A stretch of 64,000 bases of DNA. Origin: Massalongia carnosa (Eukaryota). Below the pieces are notes generated by a model, which did no database searches, was not told the origin of the DNA, and saw only the letters and a program-made list of their open reading frames with translations. The position numbers and the translations under genes were made by a program. The stretch spans positions 1,426,001-1,490,000 of the forward strand of contig OZ287074.1 in the NCBI GenBank assembly GCA_965645245.1. Direction: 5' to 3'. This document shows positions 25,033 to 38,657 of this stretch, one piece after another; position 1 is the stretch's first letter, and each line of letters opens with the position of its first letter.

Positions 25033-27891
25033 ATGGCTTCTTATTACGATCTCCCTCGTTACCCACCCCCTCTCCTCCCTCCCCCACCTCCCCCTCAAAG
25101 TTATCATTACGGACTGGTCCCTCCCCCGCCAGTCGTGTGGGAGGTTTCTACTTCCAAGAAAGACGGAGATAACAACTCAGAAAGCTTCAGAGATGAGAAT
25201 TCCGCAAGTAAAGATGTTCAACCAGGATCCGATCATCCGGAACTCATACATGGGTCGTTCAGCAATTGTATCTGTAAACGGTGCATGGAAAATGCCAAAG
25301 CTGAGGTGGAGAAGCGCTTGAGCGACGAGACGGTGACGATGAAATACATCAAAAAGCTGGAAGAGATGATCTATAACCTACAAACAACCAACGACCATCT
25401 GAAAAAATCCCAAGGGCCGAGGATCTATCGCCAGGAATCTCTTGAATCTCTCCGAGAGGTAGACCCATTTAATCCTCCAGCAATGGATCCTAAAGACACT
25501 GCGGCTCTGCTGCAGACCACCGATGGACCGAAAGCCAAGATTAGGCGGATGAAAAAGGTCTCCTCGGCCTACGGTGAAGAGACGATAGAAAAAGATTACG
25601 ATATTCTGGTCGGCGAGGCTAAACCGAGAAGCTATGCCAGCGAAAACGTCCTGACCGTGTTTCGTCATTTTGACAAGAAATCCGCCTTCTGGCGACGGAG
25701 CATAGAGATTTTATCGCCCGAGTTCGTCGAGGTTCTTCGCCATGTGGCTGACTGCGACATCGATATATCTCTTATCGACGATGCGCTTACCCTAACCGAG
25801 CCCCTAATGGTGTTGTTCCACCATCGTAATCAGCTCGAGAAGTACTTGCAAGGCCAAGACGAAGATGGTTCTTCCGTCAAGACTAGAGCTCACACCAAGC
25901 TGATTCTCGATTACATGAAGGATGAATATGAAGGACTCAATCGGACAATTGACGATCTCGAATCGGCGAAGCCATCCGGACTAATCACCTTCCCAGAAAT
26001 CTGGCTTCTATATCCACCTGGCACGGTGGTGTATACGAGCGAGAATGGGGAGTATGAGGCCTTTGTCGTCGACTCGGTACGAGGAGTGGGCAAAAACCCC
26101 CGTGGTCGGTCTCGCCGGCAACTTCACGATAGGTTGGAGCTTACCTGCTGGTCGATCAATTACGATGGAGAGATATTCGGTCGGGAGTGGAGTACTCTTA
26201 TCATGTCGCCTTTCAATGGAACCAAAGAGATTGCTTCCTTGGACATTATTCCCGAAAGATTTCTCACGGACGTAGACCACATCAAAGATTCCCTAAGGGC
26301 TCGTGGAAAGCTTTTTTGGTCTTTGCAGGGCCAAAATTATCGCGAGTACACAGGAGAGATCTGGTCACAGCACATGAGCGAAGAATCCATCCGAGTGATG
26401 GTGGATCATTTAACATACCAGAGAAGAATGGATTGGCCAATCGTCATCAATAAGAAACGCGGTCCCTCTAACGCATTAAGCAAGAATTGGAGAGACAGCA
26501 AGTTCGCGCTGAGAGGGCGACCTTTTGATTCATTCGATGATAATAGAGGACGCCGGCCAAGAGTCGCGCCGCCTTGCATCGTGCCATACGAAGATCGCAG
26601 GATTTATAGCCCTGATAGGAATTATGATGAGCCATACGAGGAGCCATATAAACGATATGAATGTGATCGACCCCCTCTTCGTGCAGACTCTAAGTTCAGC
26701 AAATACGACGTCCTTGCGCTAGATTCAGACCCGGATGAACTTTCGCTGCTACTATGTCCTCAGCAGGTCCATGGCTACTGTTTAAGGGATAAGACCTGGA
26801 GTGGGTTTCTCATCTGATCTGTGAGTGGCGCGTGCTAATGCTGATTTAGAGTCTCTCAACGTAACCCAGCTGCAGCCAGTGGCTTTCCGAAAGAATGCTT
26901 GGGATCGACTTGTTCTGGATCCACAGTATAAAGATATCGTGCAAGCCATGGTCTCGTCATATGTAGAGAAATCATCCAAGCTTGATGATTTGGTGGCTGG
27001 GAAAGGAGCAGGGCTTGTTGCGCTTCTGCATGGGCCTCCGGGAACGGGCAAAACACTGACCGCCGGTAAGTTCATCTTGCTTGTCCTCCTATGCGGGTAC
27101 ACATCCGGTTGCTCATTGGTTTTGGTTTTCAGAATGCGTAGCAGACAGCTTCGAAAAGCCATTGTATCAAGTTACGTGCGGTGACATTGGGACAAACCCG
27201 GAGAGATTGGAAGATAAACTAGAGGAGATCTTCGACTACGCCGTAACATGGGGTGCAATCCTTCTACTAGACGAAGCCGACGTCTTCCTTCAAGACCGTG
27301 ATTATGAGAATCTTCAACGCAACGCCCTTGTTTCCAGTAAGTCCATTCCTCCAACGCCCCGCATAAAACTCCTTCATCCGTGGTTTGAATACAAAGTCCC
27401 CCGCTTACCAAACCTGCTCAGTCTTCCTTCGTACCCTCGAGTACTTTAATGGCATCCTCTTCCTCACCACCAACCGCGTGGGCACCTTCGACCAAGCCTT
27501 CCAATCCCGCATCCACGTCAGCCTCGGTCTTCCTCAGCTGGACCGCCGCCGCCGCACCGAAGTCTGGTCCATCTTCATCCAAGACCTCTGCCGTAACTCC
27601 GTCATCACGGCCCCCGAGCGCGCCGTTCTCGACGACCTCGTGGCCCAGAGGTGGAGCCGCGAACCGCTCAACGGCCGGCAGATCCGGAACAGCATGCGCA
27701 CGGCCATGCTCATCGCAGAGAAGAAGGGCGAGACGGTGGGGCGGGCGCATTTCGAGACAGTGCTACGGATCGGAAAGGAGTTTTCGGCCTATATGAGCGC
27801 GCTGCAGAGCGGAGGGGAGGTGGAGGTGGCAGAGGGGAGGGGGGGTTGGTTGGCTGATTTGGGGGGTTTCCAGGAAGTGGAGACACCATGA
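25033..27891 (+). CDS. Fungal AAA+ ATPase with N-terminal DUF7025-type region; 3 introns
   Basis: ITFPEIWLLYPPG, LLCPQQVHGYCLRDKTW, AWDRLVL, GKGAGLVALLHGPPGTGKTLTAE (Walker A), LLLDEADVFL (Walker B), LEYFNGILFLTTNRV..FD.AFQSRIH, LNGRQIRN. Introns at about 26801-26849, 27066-27132 and 27337-27421. Confidence 0.92.
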
Positions 27892-29107
27892 TGAATTACT
27901 TATACGCGAATGAGAATAACTAGGTGAGCTGATTTCGGGGGAGAGGAGGGGTGGGTGGTCGAGTTTTGTAATGAATAGCCACGATTGGACGGACGGATCT
28001 ATATTTCCTCTGTATCACAAATGAAACAACATGACATAGTTACAACACAAACCAGAAACCCCCCCCTTTTCTATCTACATCCTATAATTTTACGTACGCT
28101 TAAGTATTTACTTCACCATCACCTACCTACCTCTCTCTCACCGGGCAAACCCCCCCCAAACCTATCCTTAACTTTCATCATCATCATTATCTTCTTCTTC
28201 TTCTCCACATCTCTCGTCTCTTCCCTCCCAATCAAGCGCCCAAACAAACCAAACCCTTCCTTAACTCAGAAATGTGTAGCGAAACTCGCATTCTCGCACC
28301 GGACCTGTGCGGGTCGGGGCAGGGCCGGATTGTTCCTCGGGAGAGTTTCGGTATGGATGGGGATATGGGAGTATCTGATGTAGGTGTTTTGGTGTGGGTG
28401 ATTTTTGGATATGTTGTGATGGGAAAAGAGGGTGGAGGAGGGGAGTTGGAGAAAAAGAAAAGCGAATAGACAAATTGAGGAGGGAACAAAAAGAGAGAAA
28501 GAGAAGGTATTCTTTCAAAAGTACTTACGAGAGAAAACCCCCTTTTGAAACTTCTAGACGGAAGGGGGTTAGGTTTTTTGTTGTGGGTGTTTCGGCGGGA
28601 ATGGAAAATCGAGTTCGTTGATATGTATGAATTGAATCCCGAGAATATTCTATTTTAAAAATTAGAGAATAGATGGTTATGATACACATACTCGTCGCTA
28701 GCTGGCCAACTAAATGGAGATGAGATCGCATAAACGCATATGTAGCTTGACTAGGGAATAATAAGCCATCGGATTTTGAAGGAAGAGAGAAGAAAATTCC
28801 TTAGCATCAACTCCCATGCGCTCGATACGGTCCCAAAATAAATTACCCGCCGAATGACTAAAACCTCCTCTTCCCACGCCAAGCCCCCCAACCCCAAAGA
28901 AGTCTACCAAGAGAGTAGGTACTAGCCCAATCTGCAAGCCTCAAAGCGCATTTGCCGGTTTCGAGGACGATGGCGAATGGCATGGCCCGGCTTGCTGGTC
29001 TCTTGTGTCTTGGTGATTTTGGTGTGTGTAAGGGATTGCCACTATAACTCGTTTGTTAGCTGATGCTGCATGTAAAGTAACAAGTGAGGGACGGGTACCT
29101 TTTTAAG

Positions 29108-30792
29108 TCATGGGTTTCTTACTGATGCTAACATCGAATTTTCGCTTGAGGAAAGGTTGCATTGCGTAGAGCCCATCCTTGACCTCGCGCCGGCCTCCTC
29201 TTCCTCTGCCAGGAGGGTGTGGATGTTGTTGTAGGGTGGTAATATCGTCGTACAGCTGGTACCTTCGACGATAGACTGCTCTGGCGATGTTAGAGTCATT
29301 AAGAATGCGTCCACCCGATATTTCCTCTGCTTCCGCCCCTCCGCAGTCTCCTCTAACTTATGGGTAAGTTTGCCACCCAGATTCTTGTTCTTCTCCCGCT
29401 CGTCCTACTTCTTCGCAAGCTCCTGTGGGGAGCCGGATACCCCAGGAAGTTGATATGATGAAATGGAGGATCAACCTTCTCTACTATCGAATGTGAAACC
29501 TTATTTGTCCGAGGATCAAACGGCCGTTGACCATTTTCCTTCGTCAAGTTCTAGGACCAATCCACCGACCTATCGCTGGGTTCCATATCTTTTCGTTAAT
29601 ACAAGCCTTTACGCCGGAGTTCTTGTGAAGCGCAGCACATATATTCCCACTCGATTTGTCCAAGCGAGGCGAGCCACGCAGCCATTGCTTTTGGAGGCTC
29701 ATGGTATTCCGCAGGTAAATTGTCATAAATTATCTGAGCATCCTCGTAGGCACTGTCCGCCACGTCTTTCCGTAAGTTTGGCAGCGTGGTGGACTTACAC
29801 CTTGCATATTTTCCCACCATGTCTCTTTCAATAGTGCTGCTGCGGACAGAAGATGAAAGGATATTCTCAATCTTGGTCTCCAAATCGTCAGCGCTCATTT
29901 GAAACACCTCGTCTAAGCTGATACTTCCTAGCGACTGCTCCAAACAGGCGCTGGACTGAAGTTCACCATGCTCCGTGGACTCAGCGATTGAAAGTTCACT
30001 GACGCCTTTCTCTGGTTTAGTGTCTTGTTCCCTGAAGTCAATGGCAATCTCAGTAGTCTTCTCTTGTTGGTTATCTATGGCGAAGAGGATATTCTGCTCT
30101 GAAGATGCAAGATTTAGCCAACCAAGAGGGAACTCATTATTAACTTTGTCCTTGGACTTTGGACGTCGAGAAGTGTTAGCCACTCTGGCTGGTATTCATT
30201 AAAGTAACTAATAAAATACGAAAGATTGTAAAGTCTCGTTTGATTGGAGTTGAAAAAGACGACACATCAGTTAGTAGCGAAGAGTTGTCTGATGTTATAT
30301 CAGAGACAGATACTTGTTCTTCGGTGTGTTGGACCTCTCTAATGGTGGGCTCCTCCACGATATCGTTCTCCGTAATGCTATATACCACCTCTCCTAGAGT
30401 GGTGGTAGCAAAACTCGGGCTTGGCTCAAAAGTTGAACAACCGAGCTCTTGTCTTGCCAGCTCCTCTTCCACTTTATCAGCCCAGCCAAAATTCATGGGC
30501 TTCAGCAAAAGCTGCGTTTTTTGCTGGGCTCCTTGCTGGGACCAGAAGAGCGGACAATGGGTGTCGGCTGCCTGGACAATACATGGAAGTCCTGAGCCCA
30601 ACGTTGTTCTCAAGGTGAAATCCAGTATACCTGAGTTTGTTCGTCAACGACCGTATTGTACACTCCAGCCACGCCCTCTGGACGGTTAAGTGGTAGCAGT
30701 AGTGTTATCCTGTCGAATACAACGTTGCCAATATTCATAATTGCAGCCTCAACTTCGTAGAGCGTCTCGACATTACTTCCAATTTGTGTCAT
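29108..30792 (-). pseudogene. Decayed orphan gene (chain of colinear ORF fragments)
   Basis: Acidic protein-like fragments (GWADKVEEEL..., YEDAQIIYDNLP, FHHINFLGYP). The pieces 30183-29596 and 29547-29353 are in one frame, interrupted by TAA/TAG stops, with frame changes on either side. Confidence 0.35.
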
Positions 30793-32501
30793 CTACCAAG
30801 ATTAGTTACTCTCATGACACGATACTCCTTTAAAACTTACAGCCGACTATAACGCACCATGATCCCGCAGGAACATATCGAGCCTCCCAAGAGCCTTAGA
30901 ATATATTGTACAGTGTAAATGGAATGTACCTTAGAGTAAAGGGGCGACGACTTGAATGACATCCAAGATGAGGCCATTTCAAAGGATGATACGAAGGGTG
31001 ATAATAGCGCTTGTTGTACAATATGGGACGGAAAGAAGCGGTACTGATTTAAAATGAAAAAACCGATGTCGGGATTCACACGTTGGAAAGGTTAGCAACA
31101 ACTTGGTGAATGGGAAGGAATAAAAAATGCTGAACGTTTTAGATTGAGTATAGAGGTTAAGTTCTGATTCAAGAAGGAGATGTACCAGAGGTGTAAGTTT
31201 GGCTTTGATTTTATTAATGTAAAAAGAGGATAGGATTAGAAAAAAATAAAAGAAGGAGCATTTGAGTTAGATTATAATATAGCTAGTATAATAGACTGCT
31301 ATGCTGGAGTTTGAAAGCATTCTCAAGCTTTGCCTTGTTGAGATGAATTTCTAACAAGAGCTCCAGTTCTCACATGTGGTCGAGCCCTTTAGCATGTGTT
31401 GTGGATCTGGCCTGCGTTAGTATATAGTTAGGGGCGAAAGTGGAGTATCTTGATAAATTTGAGGAGTTAAAAGGTACAGACTGTTATCACTAATAGCAAA
31501 TACAGTCCTTGGAATTTCTCGCTACATTTTGTCGATTCTTGCCAATAATGCAAATAGGGGGAATATCAAGACGCTTCAGCATGAAGAACGACATGAGTTT
31601 CATGTCCTGCTTGCACAGAAACAAAACAGCATATAAACTTATACACGTTCAAAAAAGCTGTATAGTATATGAATGTGTGAAATAGAACTACTCAGGACTT
31701 CCAATAGTTGGATCCGCTGATATTGAAGACTCGGCGATGAGTCTTATGAAAAGTGATGCACTGCTAATAAGACATCTTGAACCAAAACGCATAGCTCTTT
31801 GCATAAGTATTCAAAAAGGCATACAAGCTGAGGTAGGCCAGAGAGTGATGAGGGCCTAATTAAATTAGAAATAATATTGTATCTTAAGCACTTTCATGAA
31901 AGAAGTTGGAAGTTTGCTTCAAGATAGCCATGGACCAAAGCTCTTTGAAGGCGAAAACCTTAGCCATAATGTTAATTCTTTTCCTCTCGAGTCCCATTAG
32001 TGAGGTTGTGGCAAAACATCTAGTCGGGGAAAAACTGCCTTCAGGTAAAGATCCCTTTTTTTGCCACGGGTTCTCTACACAACTACCAGCTTTTTTCCTT
32101 GGAAAATATCGAGAAAGAGATAAGGCAGAGTATGTGAATTTGCGAAGCTCTAGAGCTCGCTGTCATTAGTGTAGTCATCTCTACTTGCTGCGTTGCTTCA
32201 CAGTCGCCATCGAACATTAAATTTACGTCATCATTAGATGGCTTGAACATAGTATGCGGTGTGGCTGATGTGAATGCGCCCTGAAATATCTTTTCTGCTA
32301 AAGAATTGTATGACTGTTCTCACTAGCCGATTTCGGCCTACGCTATGTATCTAATGCAAACAAAACCCAGTATGCTTTCTACTCTCAAGAAACCCTCAAC
32401 GCTTCTATCTCAGTCAGACGAAATACCTTTTCCCATCATCGTTCTCAAGCCCAATTACTTGCAAAATCGGTCATCCGTTCTTAACGCCGCCGAAGCGCAC
32501 G

Positions 32502-33675
32502 ATGGCCACAGTGATGGGAAAACGTCTGGAGGGCAAAACGATCCTTATAACAGGAGCATCGTCGGGCATTGGTCGAAGCACAGGTTCTCGCGCACCAGCG
32601 GATAGAAATCTCGTAGTGTGGAAGGTTTGGGGTCTGACGGGTCTCAGCAATGGAGTTTGCGCGGACGTCGCCGAAGGCACTGAAATTGATTTTGACGGCG
32701 CGGAGGATCGATGCGCTGAAGGAAGTGGCGGGGAAGATCAAAGAGGAAGTGGGGACCGGGGTGCAGGTCTTGGTGGTCAGGCTGGATGTGAGCATGCCGG
32801 ATGAGGTGCGGGGATTCGTGGACGCTCTGCCTACGGAGTTCAAAAATATTGATGTTTTGGTAAACAATGCGTAGGCCACAGCCCAACTCCATGGTAAGTA
32901 GCTCATTGGAACTCTACTGATACGTTGCTGCTCATAGGGGGCTTGTCAAAGGAACGGCAAAAGCGCCTGACATTCAAGAGGAGGACATTAACGTCATGAT
33001 TTCCACCAACGTCACCGGCCTGATCAACATGACCCAGGCGATCCTGCCCATCTTCAAAACCCGCAAAGATGGCGCGCGCGGAGACATCATCAACATTGGC
33101 AGCATCGCCGGAAGAGAACCGTACCAGGGAGGATCCATTTACTGCGCGAGCAAAGCTGCCGTACGAAGCTTCACCGACGCCATACGCAGAGAATTGGTTG
33201 CGACAAGAATCCGCGTGATCGAAATCGACCCGGGCCAAGTCGAGACTGTAAGCGTAGTGATTGGACATGACTGGAAAACCCATTGGCTAATTCTGGCATT
33301 CGGTAGGAATTCTCGGTGGTGCGGTTTTACGGCGACAAGGCGAAAGCCGATGCCGTATACGCGTGAGTTTCCTGGATCCTAGCCCACACCTCTGACGAAA
33401 GCCTTATTTATAATCGCCACAGCGGCTGCGAGCCATTGACCCCGGACGACATTGCGGAAGTGGTCGTCTTTGCAGCCGGAAGGCCGGAAAACGTCGTGAT
33501 TGCAGACACGCTCGTGTTCCCGAACCATCAAGTATGTACTTTGCTATACCCAGACACCGCGTCCGCGCCAGGTAGCTTGCAGTACTAGGTCTCTCGTTGT
33601 CTGTCTACAAACGCCCTACTAATCATCTATCCACCCACCTAGGCCGCAGCTACAGTCCTGCACAAGAAATCCTAG
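32502..33675 (+). CDS. Short-chain dehydrogenase/reductase, NADP-dependent 3-hydroxy acid dehydrogenase (YMR226C/YdfG-like); 5 introns
   Basis: ITGASSGIG, ILTARRID, DVLVNNAGL, IINIGSIAG, YCASK, IDPGQVETEFS, PLTPDDIAE, ending AAATVLHKKS*. Confidence 0.92.
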
Positions 33676-34326
33676 ACAGACAGTTACCTGCTCACCCACC
33701 TTCACAGCGCTATCTGAATGACAGACCTCCCATGCTGGTGCTGGTGGAGCAACGCCTAGGCCAACAGCCGGCTAGGGCGAACTGGTAGCACGGAGAGGTA
33801 GGTGGGTGGGTGGGTAAGTACTCACTATAGAACGATAGAGATGTAGCTTCTCTTTGTGTATGTCTCCACTTCTAAGGGGCTCTTGGCGGGGGGGTGTTGT
33901 TTGGTTGGCTCTATGCTCACTCGTCTGGCGGGGAAACAAAGTAGATGGATACTTAGATGTGCAGGGGTTGGGCTGGGGAGCGGGACTAGGGAGTATGGTC
34001 TTGGGGCAGAGGTTGCACGAGCTCTTTTTGTGGGTCTTATGATTTGAATTTTTCCATCTAAGATTTAGTTTGTTCCAGATATGCGTTAATGGAGCCTGGT
34101 TGAATACGATGTTGCACTCAAAACCCCTGCATTCCCGTTTTTCTAATTAAACAAACGAATCAATAACGTGGCCACGAAATACCTTCCCTGTCCAGGGAAA
34201 CAGCCTTGTCCATCCCTCCCATGCACCACCACCAAACCCAAAAGAGATATACATACGTCGATTCAACCTACCCCTTCCCTCTCAACCCAAATAGCCCCCC
34301 AACCCCAAACCATGCAAACTCGCTAC

Positions 34327-35199
34327 TTATTTCTCCCCGCCTAGCTTCTCCGCAATACCGTCCAACTCCTCCGCCTCGGCAATCTCAATCACCCGCCCCA
34401 CCTCCGCCGTGTTCCGGAACAGCTCCTTCGCGCCTGCATACAGCATCCGCATCTCCGCGTTGCACGTGACGGGCAGGTAGTACAGCAGTACGTAGGGGAC
34501 GGAGTGACGGCCGGATGGCTGATCAGAAAAAGACCAGAGTTTGTTAGCGAGCCCTTCTTTTCCTTTGTTCGGTGGCACATAATGGCCGTGTGCACACCGG
34601 GGCCAAAGGATAATATGAGTGTGTGACGTGAAAGCCCAAAAGGGAAGTGGAGGAAGAGTAGAAAAAAAGAAAAAGGGGGGGGATTCTCCACACCAGGGTT
34701 AAGGGATGGCTGAGTAAGACGTAGCGCGGCGAGTGATCTGGCAGGTCGTCGGCTAGATCTCGCAGGTCGGTGTAGGTTTCATGATCGTCCGCCGGGGCGA
34801 TTTCGAGCGTGTGCTTATCGATTTGGTCTTTTGGATGCGCACACCGGCCACCGGGACGCCGCTGTGGGTTAGCCTGGGGAAGTTTGGTATTCTTCGACTT
34901 ATTGCTTGCTTGCTTGCTCGCCTTTGAAGACTTATTGCAGAAGTGGATAATACCATTCTTGTGCAAAGCACGTCTTGGAGAGGGAAAGGAGGGATATGGT
35001 GAAAGCGGTTCAATCGAGAGAGGACATACATATCACCGCCTGCGGCTTATCCGCTCGCGATGTCGTTAGGCGGAATCGCCGCAGCTGTTCTTTGGTTTCT
35101 GCCGAGAATGTATAGAGCCGAGATTCGGAAGACTGAAAGAGTTTTAGCCTTGGAAGATGCAATCGATTATCTTTGCTGTGCGGGTTTACTACTTGCCAT
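34327..35199 (-). CDS. GMF: Glia maturation factor (ADF-H/cofilin-like, AIM7 homologue); 3 introns
   Basis: Spliced product MSSESRLYTFSAETKEQLRRFRLTTSRADKPQAVIYQIDK...LADDLPDHSPRYVLLSHPLTLPSGRHSVPYVLLYYLPVTCNAEMRMLYAGAKELFR. Confidence 0.9.
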
Positions 35200-35461
35200 T
35201 ACTTGTTCTTTGATGCTCGAATGGTTCCCAGGCTGCATAAACGAACCTGGACGATTCCCTGAAGGGGAAAGACGAAGGCTTAAAAGGAACCCGGTCTCGG
35301 TGCGGGTAAAAGTAGATGAAGAGCAAACTTGACATACCCCACATTTCAATACGTTTAAATGGCTTGACTACATACTGCTGCATGCAACGTCGTTGTACGT
35401 GTTGATTATCAACCCTCCCATCATCCATACTTACTTTCGTCATTCCTTGATTGAACATTCA

Positions 35462-36609
35462 ATGCTCACTCGTTTGACTCAGATCTCTCGTCACCTCCCT
35501 CGTCAATTCGCGCACCGCTCCTACACTTTTGCTGGAGGAAGCGTCATGACATCATTAATTGAAGAACGAAGCAAGCGCATGATACATACAGCAGGGTGTA
35601 TCATCATTGGTGATGAGGTTTTGGGGGGAAAGGTGTGTTTCTGGAACTAGGCAACCAAGTAGCCTGCGGCAGTACCACAGGCCCGAACTGACTTTCCAGA
35701 CGGTCGATACAAACTCGTCGTATTTCGCCAAGTATTGCTTTTTGCTCGGGATAAACCTAAAGCGGATAGAGGTCATTGCCGACGATGAAGCTGAGATCAT
35801 CGAGGCCGCCCGGCGGATGAGCGAGAACTACGACTTGGTGGTGACCAGGTCAGAACGCTGCCTGGGGTAATGGGCATTCACGCATGAGTGCTGACAGGAC
35901 CGCAGCGGTGGAATAGGCCCCACGTCAGTACGCCGCAGCCGATCGCTGCAGATGACTAAAGCTTACTCCCTGCCTCCCTAGGCATGACGATATAACGTAC
36001 GAGTCGATTGCCAAAGCCTTTGGGCTGAAGCTCAAGCTACACTACGGTGCGTTAGAACGAATGAAAGCTCTTTCGAAGCCACATCTGTCGCAACCAAACT
36101 TCTCCTACGACGTGCCTTCACCCGCGCTGGAGGCCAAGTTACGCATGGTACGGCTTCCCATCGATGATTCCAGAGACGAAAGTAGCCAGGTGCTACTCGT
36201 AGACGAGACCCTCTGGGTACCAATTAACGTTGTGAATGGGAATGTCCACATTCTGCCAGGCATACCTCGACTGTTCACTCAGCTGCTGGAGGGCCTGAAA
36301 CCTCTGCTGATCCCTCGCCTGACAGACCCAGAGGGGAAAGGCATCTATAGAATACTCTTTTCCACCCCACTGCCCGAAAGTGCGGTGGCAGGGTATCTAA
36401 CGGAGTTGGCAGCACAAATACAGCCACGAGGCATCAAGGTAGGCAGTTATCCTCGATGGGGAAGGAAAAGGAATTCGGTCACGCTGGTCGGAAAAGACAA
36501 AGAGTTCATGGAAAGTCTGGTACCCGAAATCGAGAAAAACGTGGAGGGGGTCAGGGTGGAAAAAGAGAGCGATGCAGACGAGAGCTCCGACGAGGATCAT
36601 GGAAGCTAG
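35462..36609 (+). CDS. Molybdopterin-binding (MoCF/CinA-like) domain protein, FAD diphosphatase-like (YMR178W/Fpy1 type); 3 introns
   Basis: AGCIIIGDEVLGGKTVDTNS, IEVIADDE, VVTSGGIGPTHDDITY, ILPGIPRLF, IKVGSYPRW. Confidence 0.85.
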
Positions 36610-38657
36610 TTGGGGGGGCGGGGGGGCGGGGGGGCGGGAGAGGAAGCGGGGCTTTTTGTAGAGCGCATGTAGCTACCATCATGTGACATGGCCTTCATTG
36701 GTTGCTGGACTCTGAGAGGTGCAATCTGGAAGACAACGTGTACAGGACAGGGGGGATTGGGAGGGGTTTGTAGGGAGAACGGGAGAAAGCCAGAGAATAG
36801 TCCGGGGGCGCTGGGCCCGGACGGGTACTAGTTCACGCCACTAAGGGCATCTTAAGTGGAAGTTTATCTGATTTCACGCACATGGCATATGCACGGCTGG
36901 AGGGTTGAACCTTCCCCCGGACAAACCTGAGGGTGATCTGATGCCGGTTCGAGGGATGCAGTCACATCCATGTGTTGGTTGAGACGTTGACACATTGAGG
37001 GATCGAAGAGAAGGATGAGTGCACACGATCGAGCAGTAACGACCGCCCAGTTGTGGCATGAGACAGAGGTTTCAATTCCGCTCTGTTGGCTGCTCATGAA
37101 CAAAGTTCCAGTGAGGCCCCGGAAGAAGTTCGATTGAGACTGGCGTGCAGGTTCGGTTGCCACACGGATTGCAACCCTTCCCTTGCCCCTTTACAAAGGG
37201 TTTACTCGCCGTCTCTGCCGTCGTGCTGCAAGAGCTATTATTGATAGTTACCCGGGTCCTCTGTAGGCTGCAGCGAGTGCAGCGAGTTGAGGAAAATGAC
37301 GCATCAGAAACCCCTCCTTGGCATCATCTTCACGCTCATGTCGTTTTCCAGCGGAGAGAGCATAAAGTCGGTAGGTACAGAGTAGGTCGTTACGCATTGG
37401 CAAGCTCCAACTCTTCAGACCAGTTCAGTCGTCTCCCCTGTCCATTTTGCGTTTATCACGTCGTTCCACAGGTCGATGTGAACCTCAATGAAGGGATCCC
37501 AGTCCCACCATCTGTTAGGTTGTGATTTGCTCGAGTTTCCAGGTTGCCGACCATCGGAAAAGTCGAGTGTTGAAAGAACAGCCTAAAGGATAGCCTAAAA
37601 GGTAGCCTAAGGTGATTTAACTCATAGGCGTGGAGTTCAATGTTCAGAGTTCAGACGGGTGTCTGAATCATGGGGGATGTTTGGAGGATGGTGGATGGTT
37701 ACTAAACCGAACACTAAGACCTCACACCCATATCTTCAGCCGTGAAGGACCTATGAGACGAGCGGAGACTGAAGATGCTAGATACTTCCCCATGCCTCCA
37801 CCAATCGTACAAGAAAGATGACGAAGGTAAGCCTATTCTGCCCAATCAGACTGGAACCGAGTAGCCATTTATGGCCATACAGAGCCGTACAGAGTTAGCC
37901 ATCCACCATCCACCATCCACACCCATCCAGCCTGTCTGCCCCTGCCGTCACAGTTCTGGTGCTGCATGCAAAAACGGATCAGATAGAGTCCTATCCGTCC
38001 ACTGTAGAAAATGCATAGCAATAATGTTTAAATGTTAATGCACTGACTGCATGCCAGCGACAAAGTTTTTCCCACTAAGAGTAGAAAAGAGAAAAAACCG
38101 TCGTCGCGCTGCAACCTTTTGCACATCACATCACATCACACCATTCCCACTTCCTCGTCCACGCCTACACGTCTACATACCGTACCTCCTCTTTGTACTG
38201 TACTCCGCAAGTGACACACGGGCACAGTCACTCGTGCAGATTGAATCCGCTTCACAATCCTGCTTCACGCCAATTTGTTTTCTCTTAACCCCATCTCCCC
38301 GCCCGGAAAGAGAACGCCTTGCATTCACGATCTCACCCTGCAAATCTCACTTGTCAAACTCAATTTTCGCATCATTCCTCACTCGTTTCGGTTGCGAGCA
38401 TCCTGACAATTCGAACGGAAAAGGAAAGAACCCTAAAACAACTCACCCATTCGGGCATTTGGGGTGTCCGGGATTCGTGCGGGTAGTCTTTGGCGACAAG
38501 CGGCTTCTCCCTCTACCTTGCTACCGCCAATCCCTCACCTGTGCTCCTTCAGTCACCTGTCTGCCACAGCACCGACACCGTGGTTACGGCGATCGAACAA
38601 AAGGAGCCGCCCGCTTGTCACGTTCTACTTTGAGCTTAATTTTCTCTGTCAGACGCC

